Below, piece after piece: positions 60,244 to 64,000 of a stretch of DNA of 64,000 nt. Source of the stretch: Prochlorococcaceae cyanobacterium (lineage in GTDB: Bacteria; Cyanobacteriota; Cyanobacteriia; PCC-6307; Cyanobiaceae); the NCBI GenBank assembly GCA_049317465.1, contig JBMOIF010000001.1, positions 20,158-84,157 of the forward strand. Direction: 5' to 3'. The notes under the pieces were generated by a model. That model searched no databases and was not told the origin of the DNA. It worked only from the letters and a program-made list of their open reading frames with translations. How positions within the stretch are numbered: position 1 is the stretch's first letter; each line of letters begins with the position of its first letter. A program made the translations under genes and the position numbers.

Positions 60244-60960
60244 TTACCCCCCGGTCTGTCGCACGGCCCCGGCCATCAACCTGCCGTCCTCCATCGTCAC
60301 AAGGCGGTCGGCCACATCCAGGATCCTGGGGTCATGGGTCACCATCAGCACTCCACAGCCCTGGTCACGGGCAAGGCGACGCAGCAGCTCCACCACCTCG
60401 CGGCCCGTACGTCCGTCCAGGGCTGCCGTCGGTTCATCGGCGAGGAGAAGTCGGGGTCGGGCGGCAAGGGCACGGGCGATGGCCACACGCTGCTTCTGGC
60501 CGCCGGAGAGGTCATGGGGAAACTGTCGGAGATGATCCCCGAGTCCGACGGCGCGCAACCAGTGACGGGCCACCGCCCGGCGCTGCCCGTAGGCCATGGA
60601 TGGCAGCAGATCTGCCCCCATCTGCACGTTCTGTTCGGCGGTCAGGCAGCGCAGCAGGTTGTGTCCCTGGAAAATCATGCCGATCCGCCTACGGACCCGG
60701 CGTCGGCGCTCCCGGTCAGCGGTCTGCAAGGGGACTCCCAGCACGTCCAGCTCTCCTTGCTGGACCGATCGCAGGGCGCCGATCAGGGTCAGCAGGGTCG
60801 TCTTGCCACAGCCCGATGGTCCGGTGAGCAGCACGATCTCGCCGCTGGCAACGGCGAAATCGATCGACTGGAGCACAAGCCGCCGGGTGCTGCCCCGTCC
60901 GTAGGCGTGGCTGAGGCCCCTGGCCTGGATGACGGGCTGGACGGGGAGGGACTCGGTCAT
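60244..60960 (-). CDS. devA: DevA-family ABC exporter ATP-binding protein
   Basis: LLTGPSGCGKTTLLTLIGALRSVQQGELDVLG (DevA-type Walker A context), LSGGQKQRVAIARAL and LLLADEPTAALD. Confidence 0.87.
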   Translation of the reverse strand: MTESLPVQPVIQARGLSHAYGRGSTRRLVLQSIDFAVASGEIVLLTGPSGCGKTTLLTLIGALRSVQQGELDVLGVPLQTADRERRRRVRRRIGMIFQGHNLLRCLTAEQNVQMGADLLPSMAYGQRRAVARHWLRAVGLGDHLRQFPHDLSGGQKQRVAIARALAARPRLLLADEPTAALDGRTGREVVELLRRLARDQGCGVLMVTHDPRILDVADRLVTMEDGRLMAGAVRQTGG

Positions 60961-60972
60961 GGTCGCCGGAGG

Positions 60973-62139
60973 TCAGAAGATGTCGGCGGGATCGGCATCC
61001 GCCAGTCGCCGCATGGCCAGCAATGCCGAGAAGAGGCACATGCTGAGAATCAGGCCAAAGACAATTCCTGCGCGCTGGGGTTCCATCAGCACCGGCAGGC
61101 GCGTGGAATTTCGGATCAGGGCATAGAGACCCTGAGCCACCCCATAGGCGGGCAGATAACCGAGCAGTGCCAGCAGCAGCCCTTCGCGGGCCACCACGCC
61201 GAGAAGATCGGCGAGGCTGTAGCCCATCGCCATGAGGGTGGCGTATTCCGGCAGGTGATCACTCACATCGCCATAGAGAATCTGATAAACAATGACGCAA
61301 CCCACCACAAACCCCATGGCGGCACCAAGGGTGAAGATGAAGCCGATGGCGGTGCTGGTGCGCCAGTAGTTCTTCTCGAATTCGATGAACTGATCCTTGG
61401 TGTAGACCTTCACGTCGCTGGGTAGCTGCCGGTCCAGGCGGCGTTGCACGGTGAGCACATCTGCCCCCTGCCGCAGGCGCAGCAGACCCAGCTGGATGCC
61501 GCCACGGCTGCCCGGTGGGGCGATGGTGCGGAAGGTCTCCCGACTGACCAGCATGTTGCCGTCAGCCCCGAAGGAGGGGCCCAGCTGCACGAGACCCGCA
61601 ACCCGCAGCCGCTGGCCTGAGACCTCTGTCTGCACGCTGCGGCCGGCACGGAACCAGGCCGCCACGGGCCCGAACTCGGGTCGGGAGCGTTCATCGAACA
61701 GAAGCCGGCCCGGCAGCCTGAGCAACGGCGCCTGCCGCTGCACCGACGGATCGTTGAGCAGGGGATCCTCGGGATCGAACCCCAGCGCCAGGATCGAGCG
61801 GGTGCGACGGGTCTCGGGATTGCGCCAGAGCACGAACTCCCACTGCACCGGGGTCATGGCGGCCACATCGGGATCTGCGAGGCTCTGGACCAGTCGTCCT
61901 TCCGGGAAGGCCGCCATGCTGATCGAGCTCATGGTGCGCGGACTCACCAGCACCAGATCGGCATCAAAGAGCCGGTGAATGGTGACACTGGCATCGAACA
62001 GACCGTCGCGGAAACCCAGCTGCATGAACATGAGGATTCCGGCGAAGCCGATGCCCGCGAGGGCGATGGCCAGCCGGACGGGCTGACGCACGAGCAGCAG
62101 CCAGGCCAGGGGGATGCGCCGCCGGGCCCAGGGCATCAC
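60973..62139 (-). CDS. devC: DevC-family ABC exporter permease (FtsX-like)
   Basis: RRIPLAWLLLVRQPVRLAIALAGIGFAGILMFMQLGF, a large periplasmic loop and a C-terminal FtsX-type 3-TM bundle. Confidence 0.85.
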   Translation of the reverse strand: MMPWARRRIPLAWLLLVRQPVRLAIALAGIGFAGILMFMQLGFRDGLFDASVTIHRLFDADLVLVSPRTMSSISMAAFPEGRLVQSLADPDVAAMTPVQWEFVLWRNPETRRTRSILALGFDPEDPLLNDPSVQRQAPLLRLPGRLLFDERSRPEFGPVAAWFRAGRSVQTEVSGQRLRVAGLVQLGPSFGADGNMLVSRETFRTIAPPGSRGGIQLGLLRLRQGADVLTVQRRLDRQLPSDVKVYTKDQFIEFEKNYWRTSTAIGFIFTLGAAMGFVVGCVIVYQILYGDVSDHLPEYATLMAMGYSLADLLGVVAREGLLLALLGYLPAYGVAQGLYALIRNSTRLPVLMEPQRAGIVFGLILSMCLFSALLAMRRLADADPADIF

Positions 62140-63149
62140 GGCAGCACCTTGGCGATCAGCTTGAGCCCCAGCAGACGTCGCACACGGGCAGCATCTCCGG
62201 GGTCGAGGGCGACGCGCACCTCGACGATGCGCGCATCGGTGTTGGCCGTGGGATCTGTCGCCAGCACCTCCCTCTGCCTGACGACCGGGTCGATGCGCAG
62301 CACCCGCCCGATGAGGCGTCCGGTGAAGCCCCCATTCTCGCTGCGCAGCTCCACCCTCTGGCCAGGACGGACTCGCTCGATGTCGCTTTCATAGACCTCG
62401 AGCACCGCCTCCACGCCGGCGCTGCTGGCCAGCTCCAGCACCCCCTTCTCCCCAGGGCGTTCACCGCTGCGGGCATGGATGTCGAGAACCGTGCCGTCGA
62501 ACGGTGCCCGCAGTTCGGTCAGCGGCAGCCGCACATCCTCCCGCCGCAGCTGTGCACGGGCCTGCACAAGCTGCTGTTCGACTTCCAGGACGTTCAGCCT
62601 TCGCTGTTCAAGATCCTGTTCGGACACGGCTCCGGCCTGTTCCAGGGCGGCGTAGCGATTCAGATCCTGGCGCAACAGACCGAGGCGCTGCTCCAGGGTG
62701 TTGAGGGTGGCGGCCGCCACGGCACGGTCTGCCTCGACGTCAATGCGGCTGTCGAAGGTGGCCAGCAATTGCCCCTGCCTGACGCTGTCGCCCTTTTCGA
62801 CCAGCAGGTTGCTGACCCGGGGGCTCTGCCCCATGGCGCCGCTCGGTGCCGCCAGACGGCGGGTGTCACCGAGGGCCTCAAGCCGACCGAGGGCCGTGAC
62901 CGGGGCCAGGGCGGGATCCCTGGAGGCTTCAGGTACCGGCCTCGTCTGCCGCGGCACGGAGCCGGGGCGGGAGCGCAGAACCATCGCGATGCCAGCGATG
63001 GTCAGGGCCGCCAGCAGCAGCACGAGGGCAAGGGATCGCCAGGGCGGCCGGCCGGGGGGATCCGGTGGGGGCTCGCCCGGGAGCGGGGCCATGGCGGGGT
63101 CGCGCGGGTCGGCGGTCATGGTGCCGTCAGCGGGGGCGGTCAACGTCAT
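62136..63149 (-). CDS. devB: DevB-family membrane fusion protein (HlyD-like)
   Basis: N-terminal TM, a lipoyl/hairpin pattern (VEKGDSVRQGQLLATFDS...coiled coil...LRAPFDGTVLDIHARSGE) and beta-barrel domains. There are ATGA overlaps with both pcyA and devC. Confidence 0.8.
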   Translation of the reverse strand: MTLTAPADGTMTADPRDPAMAPLPGEPPPDPPGRPPWRSLALVLLLAALTIAGIAMVLRSRPGSVPRQTRPVPEASRDPALAPVTALGRLEALGDTRRLAAPSGAMGQSPRVSNLLVEKGDSVRQGQLLATFDSRIDVEADRAVAAATLNTLEQRLGLLRQDLNRYAALEQAGAVSEQDLEQRRLNVLEVEQQLVQARAQLRREDVRLPLTELRAPFDGTVLDIHARSGERPGEKGVLELASSAGVEAVLEVYESDIERVRPGQRVELRSENGGFTGRLIGRVLRIDPVVRQREVLATDPTANTDARIVEVRVALDPGDAARVRRLLGLKLIAKVLP

Positions 63150-63871
63150 GGGGAGGGCTCGGTGGGGTCATCGAACAGCAAGGTGCTGATGTAACGCTCC
63201 GCCCAGTCGGGATTGAACGCCATCTCCAGCACCCGTCGGGTCTTGTCGTTGCTGCGCTGTTGACGGCAATAGCGGCGCTGGCCCTCCAGGCGACGGCGGC
63301 TGCCGGTGGCCGACGCCGGTTCGGGTTCGCTCCTGACCAGGGCCCGCATCAGCACATCGTGAAAGGCCAGGACGTCAGCGATGAAGGCGTCTTCCTCCCC
63401 GGCATCGGCCGGCCTGACAAAAAGAACCTGGGGCGAGAAGATGTCTCCCCAGCCGGGCAAATCCCGGGGCTGGCGATAGTTGAAGCGCGGCTGGGCCTCA
63501 AGATCGGCTGTGATGGCGGCCGGCAGCTCGCCATCGGTGGGGGACAGATCAACGATCGCCGCCGACACCACACCCCGTCCGGCGACGATGTCGACACCGA
63601 ACAGCGGCAGGTTGAAACGCGGATCGGGGAACATCACGCAGTGGAGGATGTCGAGGTGACGGCCCACCCGCGCAGTCTCCAGATGAATCTTGCGCAGGCC
63701 GCGGCAGCGGAGCAGCTGGTTGCGGATGAGCATCGCCTCACCCTCCAGTTCACCGCGCACCTCCTCCAGGTCAGGGGCGATCGCCAGCGGAGCGCGTTCG
63801 GGGAGGTCATCCCAGCGGGGACGCAGGGCCTCGGCAAGACGGGACACCAGCGGGTGAAAGGAGTCGTCCAC
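63146..63871 (-). CDS. pcyA: Phycocyanobilin:ferredoxin oxidoreductase
   Basis: LRKIHLETARVGRHLDILHCVMFPDPRFNLPLFGVDIVAGRGVVSAAIVDLSP is a very PcyA-like core. GTG start. Confidence 0.9.
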   Translation of the reverse strand: MDDSFHPLVSRLAEALRPRWDDLPERAPLAIAPDLEEVRGELEGEAMLIRNQLLRCRGLRKIHLETARVGRHLDILHCVMFPDPRFNLPLFGVDIVAGRGVVSAAIVDLSPTDGELPAAITADLEAQPRFNYRQPRDLPGWGDIFSPQVLFVRPADAGEEDAFIADVLAFHDVLMRALVRSEPEPASATGSRRRLEGQRRYCRQQRSNDKTRRVLEMAFNPDWAERYISTLLFDDPTEPSP

Positions 63872-64000
63872 GGCGGTGTTGGCGGCCCGATCACCCTAGG
63901 GACCCGCCTGTGGCGATGATGGAACCACGATCCTCCTCCTTCGCTCTGCGCCCCCTCACACCGGCCCTCGGTCTTCCCGCCCCCCTGGCAGCCACCCTGG

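Noticed and set aside
63916-64000. Possible start of a + strand gene (MMEPRSSSFALRPLTPALGLPAPLAATL...) running off the window.
   Set aside because: Only 28 codons are visible, with no motif, and an open frame in GC-rich DNA is weak evidence. It may be real, being divergent from pcyA, but cannot be supported.

Overview
The window looks like a visibly GC-rich chromosomal segment from a picocyanobacterium, Synechococcus/Cyanobium-like. GC content was judged by eye, not computed. Cyanobacterial markers are apcD, pcyA, ccsA, chlP, a CrtL-type lycopene cyclase, pxcA/cemA, a Psb32-like TPM protein and recurring GCGATCGC (HIP1) octamers. I can support about 65 protein-coding genes, one tRNA (anticodon CAT) and a few candidate regulatory or structural RNA elements. 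I saw no rRNA, CRISPR array, transposase, integrase, phage genes or obvious defence island.

Gene content is core housekeeping:
- Translation: pheT, metG, glyS, rpmG, rpsR, rpsB, tsf, typA.
- Carbon metabolism: a gnd-pgl operon, glgC, glpX, rpe.
- Tetrapyrrole and pigment synthesis: hemA, chlP, crtL, pcyA, apcD.
- Purine, pyrimidine and amino-acid synthesis: purS, purQ, upp, ilvD.
- Envelope functions: LptC-like, LptA-like, LptB, LptF/G, DevBCA, ExbB-ExbD-ExbD and several peptidoglycan hydrolases.

Packing is very tight, with many ATGA, TGATG or GTGA start/stop overlaps and several convergent 3' overlaps. Most long ORFs in the six-frame track are antisense shadow ORFs typical of high-GC DNA.

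Nothing here is compelling as a new multi-gene system. The observations most worth a second look are:
1. An LptA-like domain reads in-frame into LptB across an 11-nt homopolymer.
2. A roughly 590-bp gene-free, structured region lies between two convergent genes and is a candidate sRNA locus.
3. pcyA is translationally coupled to a DevBCA-type exporter, followed by an unlisted 51-aa highly basic ORF.
4. One protein combines a ribbon-helix-helix-like N-terminus with a C-terminal J-domain.
5. A repeat/inverted-repeat RNA element sits between glgC and gnd.

All functional calls rest on recognising motifs in the translated ORFs. No database search was run.
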